DNA from: Octopus sinensis
Taxonomy: Eukaryota
NCBI RefSeq assembly: GCF_006345805.1
Contig: NW_021834824.1
Location: forward strand, 1 to 55,679
DNA length: 55,679 bases
Direction: 5' to 3'
Part shown: positions 1 through 14,900 of the stretch, in pieces
How positions within the stretch are numbered: position 1 is the stretch's first letter
Layout of the letters: each line of letters starts with the position of its first letter
Notes under the pieces: generated by a model
The model's input: only the letters and a program-made list of their open reading frames with translations
Databases searched by the model: none
Told to the model about the DNA's origin: nothing
Made by a program: the position numbers and the translations under genes

Positions 1-669
1 TATTCCGCGTATTATCGTATGCAAGTATAACTGTGTGCGTACTTAACCTTCCAAATAATAATATTAAGCAATACAGTCTTCTTTTTACATCACATACATC
101 TACCAGAACGGTTTTTTTCGAATCTTCTAATCTCTTTGTACGAAACACACACACACACACAACACACACACACACCACACACACACACACCACACAACAC
201 ACACACACACACACACAAATATAATATATATATATATATATATATAGACACATAAGCACACACATACATAAATACAGAGACACATAAACGCACAAACAAA
301 AAGAACACAGGCTGGGTTTTTTTGTTTTTTTGTTTCGTTTTTGTTTTGGCTTTCTGTTTCGTTTACTGTTGAAATATTCCATGTTCTCAAGAAACTCAAG
401 ATCGGATATTTTCTAACCCGAGACTCGTATTATTGCCTTCCGTAGGATTTGACCTCACGTCTTGTCCTGTTTACATTATGCAAACTCTCTCACTCTTTCT
501 ATCGCCCCCTTTCTATATCTTTCTCCATTCTTTCTCTCCCTTCCTCTCTTCCCGTCTTTTTCCTCTCTGTCTTTCGCTCTCTCTTTTTCTCTCTTTCTCT
601 CTCTCTCCTTATGTTTCCCTCCCACACTCAATTTAACAAAGAACAGATCCCTAAGCCAGAATACCACAA

Positions 670-1025
670 ACGCCACCACAACAACCATCACAACCACCAC
701 CACCACCATCATCACCACCATCTTCATCACCATCACACTCCACTACCGCTACCACACTTCACCACCACCATCACTACCATCACCATCACACCACCATCAC
801 CACCACCACCACCACAATCACCACTGCATTCTACCACACTCCACCATCACTACCACCACCATCACCACCACCACCATCACCACCATCATCATCACCATCA
901 CACTCCACCACCACTACCACACTCTACCACCACCATCACCATCACCACCGCATTCTACCACACTCCACCACCACACTCCACCGCACTCTACCACCACTAT
1001 CACCACCCTCCCACCTCCACCAACC
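670..1025. repeat. (CAC/CAT)n degenerate trinucleotide microsatellite
   Basis: Direct reading; source of the His/Thr-rich pseudo-ORFs 449..1033 and 462..1067. Confidence 0.9.
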
Positions 1026-1373
1026 AAATATAGCAAAGGTGCTAATTCCCTTACCATCCACCCCTAACATTTAATGCTGATCCGAAAACTAAGCTTTCTT
1101 AATCACTTAACAAATACAATACAGCCTGCGTAATATATTTAGTCATATGTTATATGTAACAGCAGCGAACTCCCTTTTTATCACAAAACACAAAACGTTA
1201 ACAATGAAGTAAGGGTTTGATGCTTACGCGGCATTTATATCTGCTAGTAATAGCAGCCGGATCTGCTTCTAATCACTGCTTGCTATTTCAACAATGTGAA
1301 GATACATTCGATATTGTATTTTGATATTTGATGTGCAAAAATGAGAAATGTTGGATAATCATTTCAAGGAATA

Positions 1374-1776
1374 CTCTTACTCTTTTACTCATTTACTTGT
1401 TTCAGTCATTAGACTGCGGCCATGCTGGAGCACCGCCTTTAGTCCAGCAAATCGACCCCGAGACTTATTCTTTGTAAGCCCAGTACTTATTCTATCGGAC
1501 TCTTTTGCCGAACCGCTGAGTGACGGGGACGTAAACACACCAGCATCGGTTGTCAAACAATGCTAGAGGGACAAACACAGACACACAAACACACACATGC
1601 ATATATATATATACATATATACGACAGGCTTCTTTCTGATTCCGTCTACCAAATCCACTCACAAGGCATTGGTCAGCCCGAGGCTATAGCAGAAGACACT
1701 TGCCCAAGATGCCACGCAGTGGGACTGAACCCAGAACCATGTGGTTGGTTAGCAAGCTACTTACCACACACCCACG
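1374..1776 (-). mobile_element. tRNA-derived SINE, family A, near full length
   Basis: Reverse complement gives head GTGTGTGGTAAGTAGCTTGC...GGGTTCAGTCCCACTGCG, CORE-like TCTTGGGCAAGTGTC, internal microsatellite and GAGTAAAAGAG tail. Homologous to the copies at 10245, 19183 and 47734. Confidence 0.85.
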
Positions 1777-2123
1777 ATAAAAAACTAGTAAACACTTGCT
1801 CAAAGGACAACTTAGTCGGAAAGAAACCGGAAACCAAGTGACTGAGAAACAAATTTCTTAACCACAGATCCAAACCTGAGCCCGTTAATCCATATGACCC
1901 AGAGCTCAGAGTTCTACCATTCATGCCATCCATGGTACCTTGAACATAACACTGATAATAGATGTCAGCTAAATTTCCTTCAGATGAAAAAAAATGAAGG
2001 AACACAGCGCTAGCTATCCCTAGAGAATGGAACAGTAATGTTTGCAACTAGATATTATAATATATATATATTATATATATATATATAGAGATATATATAT
2101 ATATATATAATATATATATATAT

Positions 2124-2154
<31 letters not shown>

Positions 2155-3739
2155 ATGACCTCCCCTCGCGAATTGGACATTGCGATGACCTCCCCTCGCA
2201 AATACTAATCGGACACTGGAAGAGACGTCTTTCTGGGGTTATAAACGTCAGTAGCACTGTCCCGTATAGGACGCCACACTTGGTTGCCAATTATGTTACA
2301 AGTCCGTATTGCTACTGTTTACATCTAGCTCAGAGATTTAATATAACTTATTTCTCCTTTTTCGAGATCAGCGACGGTTTGTCGCTGGTAAAAGCATATA
2401 GTATTTTGCGAGTGGAGTGAGTTTTCATCACTACCTGCTGATTTCTGTTGGTTTTTTCGGCTGCTTCCTTCGCGAGTTCGTTTTGTGGTAATTCTAATGT
2501 TATACTTCTGCTGTTCTTTGTAATGATATTCCGTCGAATTGTTCTTGAACCTGTGAAATTTGAACCTCTGTTGTTTGTTAACAGTTCTTTTCACCCTGCG
2601 GGGCCGAAAATTCTGTTTATTGTTGGAGAACTGCGAACTTTAATTTTTACAGGGTAAAAATTATATTGTCTAAAAATTATTTCTTGTGAAAGACAATCTT
2701 TTGGCAAAAAATATTTTTTGTCAATTTTTGAAAAAAATCTTTGAAAATTTGTGTGTCCTGTTAAAAGAATTTTTGTAATTAATATGGAATTTGACTTAGA
2801 GTTAATACTGTATTTCCAAGAGATGGAAAAGGCGAAACAAAACGAAAAAAGAAAGTACGAAACAGGTTCAGAAGGTTAAAAAAAAAAAAAAGGGCTCATG
2901 GACCGTCACATCTTCCATTTCTTACTAAGGTATGGTAGTTACTCCCTAAACAAAAAAGAGAAAAAAAAAACGAATTGATATAGTAAACTAGAAAAACCGA
3001 TTACCGAGAAATGAACTATATATTGCTGTTTAGGAGGAAAATTGGTACCAACTGCACCTCGAAATATCGGAACGTTATCCTTGTCACAAATTAGATATTT
3101 TCTATCTGTAGTAGCGAACACTGCTACCCCAATAAGCGAATAACTTGTTAGCGAAACGTCTTGAATTCACTTAGGAATACTGTCATAGATTTATTACTCC
3201 TATAAATGGGAGTTTCCTTCGCTTGTAGAATCAGTTTATATTAAGAACAATAGTTAATGAGGCCTTAAAATTATCACTAACCGCTTAATTGTGGAATTGT
3301 AAAAAATCGTTAGAAGCTCATAACAATTGCATTCTCTGTTCTAAAGGCATGACTTTATGACTCCTTGGATCCAGTCATTGCTAACGCAAAGAATACATAC
3401 ATATCCACACATGCACATGGACATTACAAAATCATATTTGTAATATCCTATGGATGGACAATACAACGATTAAAGCATAAGGTTTGTGGAAACGTTCGTA
3501 ACATGGAATTAAAGGATGATAGATTTCCATCCAAACGTTCTTGTTATTACTATAACATATATAATATATATGATATATATATTGGAAGGAGATGGAACAT
3601 TGTCTTGGCAGTGGCTAGCGAGGACGCCAAATGCATGATTTTATTTTAGACAAAAATCACTGTAACTTGCTTGTCAATAGCTTATATTAGGTATGCTACA
3701 TGGATGACTGTTTTAATTTAATGCTGCTTCAATTTCATA

Positions 3740-3879
3740 CTATGAAATTTACATATATATATGTGTATGTATGTATATATGTATGTGTGTGTATGTATGT
3801 ATGTATGTTTGCATGTATGTATGTATGTATGTATGTATATATGTTTGTATTTCTGTATGTATGTATTTCTGTATGTATG

Positions 3880-3913
<34 letters not shown>

Positions 3914-4682
3914 TGTATGTATGTATTGTGTATGTATATATGAATTCATATACATATATGTACGTAGGGTTGTATACATATGAACATATGAACAGTATAT
4001 ATATGTATGTATACAAACATACGAACAGTATGAATATGTATTTATGCATATATGTGTGTGTGTGTGCGCGTGCGTGTCGGTAGGTAGATAAAAATATATA
4101 TGTTGATATATTGGATAGTTAGCACGCAAGCGTTTGTGATTTCGATTATAAACATGTTATACGTTATACATATATACGTATACATAACATACTAACCTAC
4201 TTGTTCCAAATATAGATTCTTATGCTTATATGTGCGTATATGTATGTGTATATACTTGCATAAAAACCACACAAAAATTGAAATAACACGATGCTTGTCT
4301 AAGAATATATACGTATATTCACATACACGTAAATTTGGGTGTGTGAATGTGTGTTTATGTAAGCGCGTACAGTGTGGTATGTCAATCAGTTCCACATTGA
4401 GGATATTCTCTCATCGAAAACACACAACTGGACATTGATATATATACAGTACGCATACATACATGCACGCAAGCATATATACGCACATATACACGAATAT
4501 ACTTATGTATATACATATACGTGTGTTTGTAAATGTATGTATGTGTATATATATATATATATATATAAATATAATGCTTATATATATATAATGGATATAT
4601 ATCCATATATGTATATATATGTATACATATATATACACATACATATATATATACACATATATAGTTACATACATATACAATA

Positions 4683-4727
<45 letters not shown>

Positions 4728-5167
4728 GCATACATACATATATATATATACATATACATATATATACATATGTATATGTATATGTATATATATATATACG
4801 TATATACACACATAAATATATACACATATACATATATATATACATATACATATATACTATATATACATATATATACATATATATATACATATATATACAT
4901 ATATATATACATATATATACATATATATATACATATATATACATGTATATATATATTCTATATATATGTATAAATACATACATATACACACACTATATAT
5001 GTGTATATGCATGTATATATATACACATATATACATATATATACATATATATATATGTATATATATACATATATACATGTAATATATATATATATATATA
5101 TACATGTATATATACATATATATAACACACACATATATATATATATACATACACCACACATATATAT

Positions 5168-5208
<41 letters not shown>

Positions 5209-5465
5209 CGTACATACAGACATACATACATACATATATATATATACATACACATACACATATACGCACATACACATGCACACACTCATTCCTATACGCG
5301 CATACTTACGTACATGCGTACATGTATACCGATATCTTTTCAAATAGTGAAAAATAAGTAAATAAGAAGAGTAAGTAGCATTACTAGTAACAGGTGTTAT
5401 TTATTATTTTAATTTCGGATTCCAGTTTCAGAATGAACGCGCGAAGATAGAGGATAGATAGATAG

Positions 5466-5505
<40 letters not shown>

Positions 5506-5517
5506 GATAGATGGATG

Positions 5518-5577
<60 letters not shown>

Positions 5578-5580
5578 TAT

Positions 5581-5626
<46 letters not shown>

Positions 5627-5661
5627 GATAATATTGATGACAGTAGTAGGTAGGCGGTAGG

Positions 5662-5720
<59 letters not shown>
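3740..5720. repeat. compound microsatellite field: (TATG)n, (TA/TACA)n, (GATA)n
   Basis: Direct reading: TATG ~3760-3925, TA/TACA ~4480-5340, GATA ~5450-5720. Confidence 0.9.
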
Positions 5721-5722
<2 letters not shown>

Positions 5723-6142
5723 TGCACGAAAGAGATAAAGAGAGAGAGAGGATGAGAAAGAGGAGGTGAGCGAGAGAAAAGACGTGACATTGATACAGAA
5801 TCAGAAGATGTGTTATGGCGGATGTGTACACGTTTAATTGGTTAGCTTCCGTTAGCCATTCGTAATGAACCGAGGAATGTATATACGTTTTCATTGCGAT
5901 GTTATTTTCAGTATTCTGTAACCAAATACTGGAATCCATTCGAAGATGTTTGGTGAGCAGACTGGAAAGAGTGTCGCTGCGAGACACAGCAGCAGAAGTG
6001 TATGAGTGAAGAATGTTATAACTGTTACTAGCTCCAATACTCACAACTTGACATTGTGTTATCGTTGTTGCTGTCATTATTTAGTCCCATATCAAACCTG
6101 ATGGAGCAGTCATATTGTGAGAGATGTTCCAATCATGACCAT

Positions 6143-6524
<382 letters not shown>

Positions 6525-7116
6525 GGCTGATGCTCTTTTTCTCTTTACATCCTGGGCGGACGTGGCCTTTTTCACCGCACTTAAAACAGCGCGGCCTACG
6601 TCCCTCAACGCTCCCTTTTACGCTCAGCTCCTCTCCTATGAACACCCTATCGGAAAGTCCTTCAAGTATTTTGGGGCTGGCTTGGACCACCATTTCAAGC
6701 AACTGGCCTTTCCAATATTCGGCCTCTTTTTTCTGTATTTGTAGTATTGACATTTTTTCTTCCATGTCGTATGTTACGGCTGCTGCAATCGACAATACGT
6801 CCAAGTCAGCTGGGATCTCCTCCACTTTAATTTTCGCCGTTCTCCTGCCTAGATAAGTTGGCAGGAGAATCATTTCGTCATTTCCCAGTGTTAATGTCAA
6901 CAGTTCTTTTGCTGTACTCTCGTCAGCAAATTGTGCTTCCACAGTAGCGTTTTTTTTACCGCATCCGACGTATCTTATTTTATTCCATATGGGTTGCATA
7001 CACTTCTCTGTTACTTCGTATTTGACAGACATTATTCGTTTCTCCTTAAGACTGTACGTCTTATAGACCACAGTTTTGGCAGCTATATTCTGTAGTATAT
7101 CTTGCAGAGGGAGCAA
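6525..7116 (-). pseudogene. Tx1/L1-clade LINE ORF1 with CCHC zinc knuckle
   Basis: ORF 6361..7116 contains VEGRRPRCFKCGEKGHVRPGC (CX2CX4HX4C) after an RRM-like region, and lies directly upstream of RT motifs. Confidence 0.75.
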
Positions 7117-8792
7117 TTTCGTATCATTCCGTTTTCTTTATCATATTCCGGTATTTAAATAATTCCGCTATAGATTTCGAGACTGATACGAGATAGGTGG
7201 ATAGGAAGGATGTTACCTTCAAACAGAATCGCCTGACACCGATGCTTACAACCGAACGGACTCTGCAAAAGCCATTAAATGGCTTTTTGGTATTGATTAA
7301 CCAAGTGACATATGAAACCTGCCATCCAAGAACAGGAGCGATTCTTATTTTTAGTGGTGGTGTTAAAATCCATCTGTGCTCGAATGGAGCAGGCATATGG
7401 TATGTAAATAGTCCATCTAGCCACTCGATACGATCTGTGTATTCACTATTCTAGACATATAAAGTCTTGGTTTAGTTGAGTAGCAAGGGTTTTTAGCGTT
7501 CTGGAATAAAGATACATTTTTCATCGCTTCGTCTACCTTAGTTTAGTGGCATGAAAACATGAAGGAAATTTGCGCCCTTTCTCACCTGCACTCGGAGTAA
7601 CTGCGTCCTTTGTCTTCCTTTCTTGCAACACCTCTAACCACACTGCATACTCTGTGATGTTCTCGATCAGCTAAAACTAATAGCCAAATTTCACTCAAAT
7701 TACATCTTGTTATATTTGAAATAGCGAGATCATAATGGAAAAAATGAGTCTGGATAGATTATGTAGAAAACAATTTAGAATGTTTACAGCTGGACTGGCG
7801 TTCAAACTGTAAAAAAAACTGGTAAAAATACTCAGCACCATGATAGCAACGACGACGACCACCACAAAATTGTTGTTTGCAAAATGTATAAAGAACGAAT
7901 AGTGTTTATATATAAATGCATTTCATACAGAGATTAGACTAACCAATTATAGTACACTGCCATATTTACATAGAACCAAATAGATTCAACTGTAACCAAC
8001 TGACTGGCAATAATTTTAATTACTGAAATATACAATTACTGAAATTACAATTTTAATTACTGAAACACAAATTTTAATCATCAGACTGACAAACATTTTT
8101 ATTTACTGAAACATACAAACCCCTAAAATCCTTCTAGTTTTATATACATTACTAATTTTACAGTTAACCCAACAAAGGAGCTTCTAATTAGTCGCTGGAC
8201 CTGCAGGAAAGATACATCGGATAATGAATGTAGGGCCACATATAAAAGCGATGAGGTGATATGCCTTTTGTTTTATGATAAGTTTTGGTCGATCAAGGTT
8301 AACCAAGGAATAAAAAACAACAACAACGACATTGAAATAATGTTCGCTTTTGCTTTGTATGAGCGAGAGGAAGTTCCTTATTTTTAGCTTTCAACTCTTT
8401 TACTAGAGTCAGTTTTTATTTTTTTTCCCCCCATCTTTTTCCCTCTCTTTCTCTCTTGCTCTCTCGCACTCAAAACCGACACTTGAAATGAGACATTTTT
8501 CACATCTGTGTGTTTCGCCCCCGCTCCCTCTCTTTTGCCTTCCACGGGCTGTTCATCACATAACGTTATAGCATGTCGTAGTTACCAGCAGGGGTTCAAA
8601 CGAACCGGCAACCACTGACGATCTCAAGTGTTTTGTCAAACTGCAGATGCATGGATAACTCTTTCGGGGGCGGACGTGGGAGGAAAAGAGACGTTGTTAA
8701 ACTCAATAATTGGTGTGGAATAGGTTCGTTTAAGGGTCAGTCCATGAAAGTGTTTTAGCTATTTACACGCACGCACGCGCACACACACACAC

Positions 8793-8833
<41 letters not shown>

Positions 8834-8916
8834 ACTCACACCACCTATTTAAATTTCTATGTATTTATACATGAATATCCATCATCCGAATATTTTTAGT
8901 TTTTGTTTTCTCTCTA

Positions 8917-9920
8917 TTGGGTTGGAAACTAAGTTCCCGCCGTTTTTTTTTAATTTTGGAATTTATTGCGTTTTTAAATTTTAGAATCTTTTTTTTTTTT
9001 TGAGAATTATATTTTTGAATCATTTTGGAATTTTTTTTGTTTTACTAGTTAATTTTTGTTACTTGTTTATTTTCAGATCATTAAAATGGAATGTCAAGTT
9101 AAGAAAAACGAGCATTTTCGACACCCACGTCTTTTTGCTTTTAATCAAGGTTCTAAGGCCGCAAAAGCTGCTCATGACATTTGTGCTGTGTATGGAGAGG
9201 GTGCCATAGCTGAAAGAACCGCTCGTGATTGATATGCCAAGTTAAAAAATGGAAATTTTGACCTCAAAGACGCACCTCGTTTTGGCCGTCCAGATGAGTT
9301 CGATGAAGAGCGATTAAACCAATTTTTGCATGAAAATTCTCGTCAAACGACAAGGGAACTGGCACAGAAAATGGAATGCTCCCACACTGCTATAGAGAAG
9401 CATCTTCACTCGATGGGAAAGGTTCAGAAGTATGGATCATGGGTTCCGCATGCTTTAAGTGACAACAACAAAAATCAACGAGCCACAATATGATTTGCAT
9501 GCTCGTCACCGTTCAACTCATGGACACAAGCAAATATTTCTTTACCGAATCGTTACTGAGGACGAGAAATGGTACCTGTACATCAATATGATGCAGCGTA
9601 AGGAATGGCTTAACCCCGGTAAACATGCGAGACCGCGCGTGAAACAAGATCTTCATCCGTGTAAAACGATGTTGTGCGTATGGTGGGACCGGGAAGGGAT
9701 TATTCATTACGAATTGCTTGAACGGAACCAAACGGTCAACGCGGAACTCTATGTTCAACAGATGGAACGACTCAACACGGCTATTCAAGAGAAAAGACCT
9801 AATCGGCAGCATGGAGGTTCTTCTGCTGCACGACTACGCCCGCCCTCATATCGCCAATATGACCAAGGAAGCCATTCAAATGCATGGCTGGAAATTGCTG
9901 CCACACCCGCCGTACTCTCC
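8917..9920 (+). mobile_element. mariner transposon (mellifera-like), 3'-truncated, transposase pseudogene
   Basis: TA followed by TIR-like TTGGGTTGGAAACTAAG. ATG at 9086 gives MECQVKKNEHFRH...WVPHAL...IVTEDEKW...LLLHDYARPH...HPPYSP with stops and frameshifts. No right TIR. Confidence 0.9.
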
Positions 9921-10244
9921 TGTTTTTCCACTTATTTCGTCTTTTTATTTTCCTAAAATTTTCGTTGCGTCTTGCAACCTTTTCAATAGTCCTGACTCTG
10001 TCCGTTATTTACACTGCGTTCCCTTTTGTTTGTTTGTGCGCATGTGTGTGGGTCAGTGTGTGTGTGTGGAAATAAGTGGAAACTTTACCGGTGAGTGTGT
10101 TAAATAATAAGGTACTAAAAGAGAATGACTCTCCCCAGACACAACTGTATATATGTATATATATATTTATATATTCTTTTATTCTTTTACTTGTCTCCAC
10201 TATTTGATTACAGCCATTATATATATTATAAGAACCAGAGAGAA

Positions 10245-10405
10245 GCAAGAGTGGCTGTGTGGAAAGGAGCTTGCTTACCAACCACATGGTTTCGGGTTCA
10301 GTCCCATTGCTTGGTACCTTGGCCAAGTGTCTTCTACTATAGCTTCGGGCCGACCAAAGCCTTGTGAGTAGATTTGGTAGACGGAAATTGAAGAAGCCCG
10401 TCGTA
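10245..10405 (+). mobile_element. SINE family A, 5' half
   Basis: Homologous to 19183-19345; interrupted at its internal microsatellite. Confidence 0.8.
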
Positions 10406-10417
10406 CACACACACACA

Positions 10418-10457
<40 letters not shown>

Positions 10458-10460
<3 letters not shown>

Positions 10461-10842
10461 ACACAAAGTAGAGGGAAATGAAAACGCAAATCCTAGGCAG
10501 TCAACCAAATTCCCGAACGCATAAATGAAGATATTCAATCAATTTGTGACCCCCTACATTTATCACGTATAACTTTTTACATGTAATCCTTATTTATATG
10601 TGATTTTATATGTATTTTTATATATTTTTATATGCTTTTATATCTCTCCTACATTTTAAAGTATGTTTGGTTCTTTTCTCTATACCCTTGGAGAATCTTT
10701 ACGCCTATACATGTCTGATTTATGCTGATGTGTATAGATATATATGATTCAATTACCTTGATTGAATATCTTCATTTATGCATTCGGGAATTTGGTTGAC
10801 TGCCTAGGATTTGCATTTTCATTTTCCTCTACTTTGTATTAT
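10458..10842. repeat. fold-back insert with ~85-bp inverted arms, nested in a SINE
   Basis: CAAAGTAGAGG...GCAAATCCTAGGCAGTCAACCAAATTCCCGAA...GATATTCAATCAA (10458-10545) is the near reverse complement of 10758-10842. Confidence 0.8.
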
Positions 10843-10924
10843 TTCGTATTGGCTCTCTTCGAGCACTCCGTATATATCCCATATTTCCTATAACATACTT
10901 AATATTATATATTATATATATAGG

Positions 10925-11140
10925 TTGTGTGAGTGTGTGTGTGTATGTGTGTGTTTGTTTCCCCATCATTGCTTGACAACCGGTGTTGGTGTGTTTACGT
11001 CACTGGAACTTAGCGCTTCGGCAAAAGAGACCGATAGAATAAGTACTACGCTTACAAAGAATAAGTCATAGGTTCGATTTGTTCCACTACAGGCGGTGCT
11101 CCAGTATGGCTGCAGTCAAATTACTGAAATAAATAAATAA
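10925..11140 (+). mobile_element. SINE family A, 3' half
   Basis: TTGACAACCGGTGTTGGTGTGTTTACGTC...GGCAAAAGAGACCGATAGAATAAGTACT...GGCGGTGCTCCAG matches the 3' half of the 19183 copy. Confidence 0.8.
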
Positions 11141-11257
11141 AAAATTAAAAGAATATATATATATATTCATTCATGTATTAATAAGGCCAAAGAGGATCGT
11201 TTTTCGGCAAAACGTAAAATCTGTTTCCCAATTACAATGATCCGTAGTGCTGAGCAA

Positions 11258-11407
11258 AGCTGGGATGGGCTTGGCTGGGCTTGGCTGAGCTGAGCTGGGC
11301 TGGGCTGGGCTGGGCTGAGCTGGACTGGGCTTAGCTGAACTGGGCTGAGCTGGCCTGAGCTGGCCTGAGCTGGCCTGAGCTGGCCTGAGCTGGGCTGGGC
11401 TGTGCTG
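11258..11407 (+). repeat. GAGCT/GGGCT pentamer tandem repeat
   Basis: Direct reading, about 30 pentamers including four GGCCTGAGCT decamers. Confidence 0.9.
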
Positions 11408-11489
11408 CGGCTTCTCTCTGGTTCCGATAATACTTTACAAATGAGTGAACCATAAATATTCGTTAATTGTTCAGCCACTCACTCTAGAC

Positions 11490-11736
11490 CTCGGTCCTCA
11501 ACTGAGGTCCATATGACACTTTGGTAAAATTTTTCGGTAAAATTTGAGAAATAAATTGGTTTCATTTCTACGATATACAAAATATTCTACAAGCTTTTTT
11601 TAATACTATTCCTAATAATAATATTTGATTTTAAAATTTTACAGAATTTTAAAAACATCGGATGGTTATGAGGGTCCCGTAGATTAAAATAGGTATCAAA
11701 GGGAGTCCATCAGCAAAAGATGGTTGAGAACCACTG
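11490..11736. mobile_element. hAT-type MITE, degenerate
   Basis: Ends CTCGGTCCTCAAC / GTTGAGAACCACTG, homologous to the 52054 element. Confidence 0.6.
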
Positions 11737-12989
11737 CTTTGAAGGAACTTTATTCTATTGAAGTTAGCTCCTCTTCCCAGCTATGGGACATATTGAACTC
11801 AACACTGTAAGTCAATGAACTACTCGTCAATTCCACTGTTTCTATTGAAAGCAATGACTTATACCACCCAGCAGTCAAATAATTACATCTAAATAGATTT
11901 AGACCGGCCATAAGGCAATGACAGGATATAAACTGGCGTCTAATTGTCCTAGTTTTCTATGTATTTAGTTATTCATGTCTTCTGTTAGCTTCATTTTCAA
12001 GCGCTTTATTTCTTGTCGAGACTAGAAAAGGTTGATAGGGTCGTGATATGAACATTCCCTTCTTGACCCTTCACATAACTGATTCAGAGAGATAAACAGA
12101 GGTAAAGTCGAGTCCAGTGCTTAACTGGTAATTTATTTATCAACTACGGAAACAAACAACAGCAAAAAAAAGAATGTCAGAGAAAGTTAGTCTCGACAAG
12201 AGCTGCGTTAAAAACTGCAATGCATTTTATCTTATGTTGTAACAACTCTGCAAAAATATCGCATTCGTTTTCAACGGAAGCTTATATCTTTCTCTCTTGG
12301 TTCACGTAACGTCAATTACATTAATGACGTCTGATTCATATGATATCATAGGACAACTGTGTTTTCAAGAAAGTAATCGCATTCCAGTTGCCACAAGTAA
12401 ATACTTTTGTTTTAACTTTTAATTCATTCTCCTTGCCATGCTCTTAAGTTCCGTTACTGTTCTTGCTTTGGACTTTAGTATTACATCAGAAGAGAGATAT
12501 AGGGGAAAAGTAAAGGAAGAACATAAATATATATATATATACTAGAGTATCCGAGCTGTCTGTAATGACGGAGGTATTGTTGGAAAATGTACACGATCAA
12601 TGTTGCTAATGTAAGTATGAGGATGTAAATAAAAATGTCAAAATGACAGGAAAATAAGAAAATTATTAATAGTGGATTAAGCATATATGTTAATAACATA
12701 TGGGGTATCAGATACACATATATGGCACATTGCATATTAGATTTATCAATGAGAAAAAGAGGGAACTTAATTTTATCATCAGAATTAGTTAGTAATTTCT
12801 TTTTCATAATGTTTCTTCTGACGTTAGCAAATTTGTTATTGTCTACGTAGGATCTTACTTCAAGGTGCTACTGTCTCCAGTTTAGGTAGGTTTATTCAGT
12901 ATTAGATTTATTTGTGGGGAAATACACGGCATGATAGAAGGCCTTAAAAACTTCTTGACCATTTTTCATTCTTTTTCTTTTGGTTATTT

Positions 12990-13700
12990 TCTTTTGGTGG
13001 ATGGCCATCTGTTGGAATATTCCGGTTGTGAGGTACTTCCAGTTCCTATGTTTCAGGAAGATTTGAACCAGTAGCTGATTTTTCGCACCCAGTTTGATTC
13101 CTCACTGGGGTGCGCGGTCCTTGTTGATCTGGGTGATGGAAGATCTTGTATGTATTTTGCTTTGTTATCATTGAAGCTTGGACGTTGAAATTAGGGGACG
13201 GATCTGTCTGTTTAGGGTTAAGTTTTTGAGACAACACCGCCTCTGAGTTCTCTGAATGAAAACATTGCTCGTAACGTAATTTCTAAAGGCTAACAGATCT
13301 GTATTCGCCTGTATTTTTTTGTTGACAGATTTATCTCCGAGCATAGCTTTTTGTGGAGTGTTTTTGAATTCATAAATTTCACGTAGTTGTGTAAACATTG
13401 GAGTGTATGTGTAGTCCTACGGGTATTAAAATGTATATATGATTGTATAGACATTCGAGTGTATGCGTAATTAAACAATTTACGTACTTACTGTTTTGTT
13501 CCACTTATATTTTATAATTTGTAAACTTTCCGATGTTCAATTCATATGTGTCTTTCGCACATGTTTCACTGAGACATCATGCATGGGAGAAACTGTGCTT
13601 TCTATGGCAGTAAAATTTCGTTTTTGTGATTATTTTCGTTAAAGGGCTGTTTCCTTCAAGTCTTTCACGGGTTCTTTTATTCCATTCCACCAATGTTATT
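12990..13700 (-). pseudogene. possible highly degraded LINE AP-endonuclease fragment
   Basis: Only scattered motif-like peptides (LLAIES, SNVYTTT, TGIFQQMAIH) among many stops. Confidence 0.25.
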
Positions 13701-13820
13701 CGATTAGATTTGTTTTTGTATAACCAGCCCGATGTTGCACATCCATGTTGTTATTCAGCGCGAAGCTCCCCTCTTCTTCTTCTTCTTCTTCTTCTTATTA
13801 TTATTATTATTATTATTATT

Positions 13821-13878
<58 letters not shown>

Positions 13879-13879
<1 letters not shown>

Positions 13880-14260
13880 TTGCTTGTTTCAAGTTCGGTC
13901 TTATTCTTAGTAGAGATTATGTAGATAGTAGATTACTACCTATAGCCTTGAGTATTCACAGTCTTTCAAGTGCTCAGAACCCTTCTGATACCCCTTGCTG
14001 TCCCTAAGAGACAAACATTCTGTAGGAGCTCTACCGGGCACTTTATTTCAGTATCCCTCAGCCGTTTGTATATATCTTGGCTTACTGATCCCAGCGCACC
14101 AATTATTATAAGTACTGTTCACATGTTCCAACTTCTTCCTATTCCAAATTTTAGGGGATTGTATTTTGTTCGCTTTTCTTCCTCTTCTTTCACAATTCTG
14201 GAATTGATTGTAATATCAATTCTATTGTTTTCTAAGATTGTCTAAGATTTCGTAAGACTA
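13879..14260 (-). mobile_element. R4/Dong-like LINE 3' fragment (RLE C-terminus plus 3' UTR)
   Basis: Minus-strand peptide KEEEEKRTKYNPLK...IIIGALGSV...VELLQNVCLLGTARGIRRVLST*, flanked by (ATC)n/(ATT)n. Confidence 0.75.
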
Positions 14261-14262
14261 AG

Positions 14263-14340
<78 letters not shown>

Positions 14341-14357
14341 TCATTATTATTATTATA

Positions 14358-14535
14358 AAGGCGGCGAGCTGGCAGAGTCATTAGCACGCTGAAACAATAT
14401 CGTCTTTACGTTCGGAGTTCAAATCCAGCTGAGGTCGACTTTGCCTATCATTCTTTCGAGGTCGATTAAATAAGTACCAGTTGAATACCTGGGATCGGTG
14501 AAATCGACTAGCCCCCTCCCTCAAAACTTCAGGCA
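14358..14535 (+). mobile_element. tRNA-derived SINE, family B
   Basis: AAGGCGGCGAGCTGGCAG head, GAGTTCAAAT B-box-like motif, GTCGACTTTGCC...AGTACCAGTT core; many homologues in the window. Confidence 0.8.
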
Positions 14536-14819
14536 CACACAAAAACACACGCACACTCTCCTGCCTTAAAAAAACACTTTCTCTTCCTCTTTCCACTTCC
14601 GGTCATTCCAGCCATGTAACAACACGTGTTTTTCTTCGACCTCTTTCCCTTTCTCTGGACCTTTCCTCTCTCTTCTTTCTGACGAAGAGCTATACTCGAA
14701 ATGTCACACATCCCCTCTTTTTTCCCTCTTAAATTGAGTGTCAACCTAATACTTTCACTGTGTACGTCCTTTTGACTTTGCTGTTTTCGTTATCAGTTTT
14801 GTTTTTATTTTCGATTTAC

Positions 14820-14845
14820 CTGTGTGCGTGTGCGCGTGTGTGTGC

Positions 14846-14900
<55 letters not shown>

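Noticed and set aside
2325-3121. Short non-repetitive ORFs
   Set aside because: No motif recognised; possibly transposon debris.
33-5790. Many YI/CV/HT/YLSI-rich ORFs here and throughout the window
   Set aside because: Translations of microsatellites with no protein signal.
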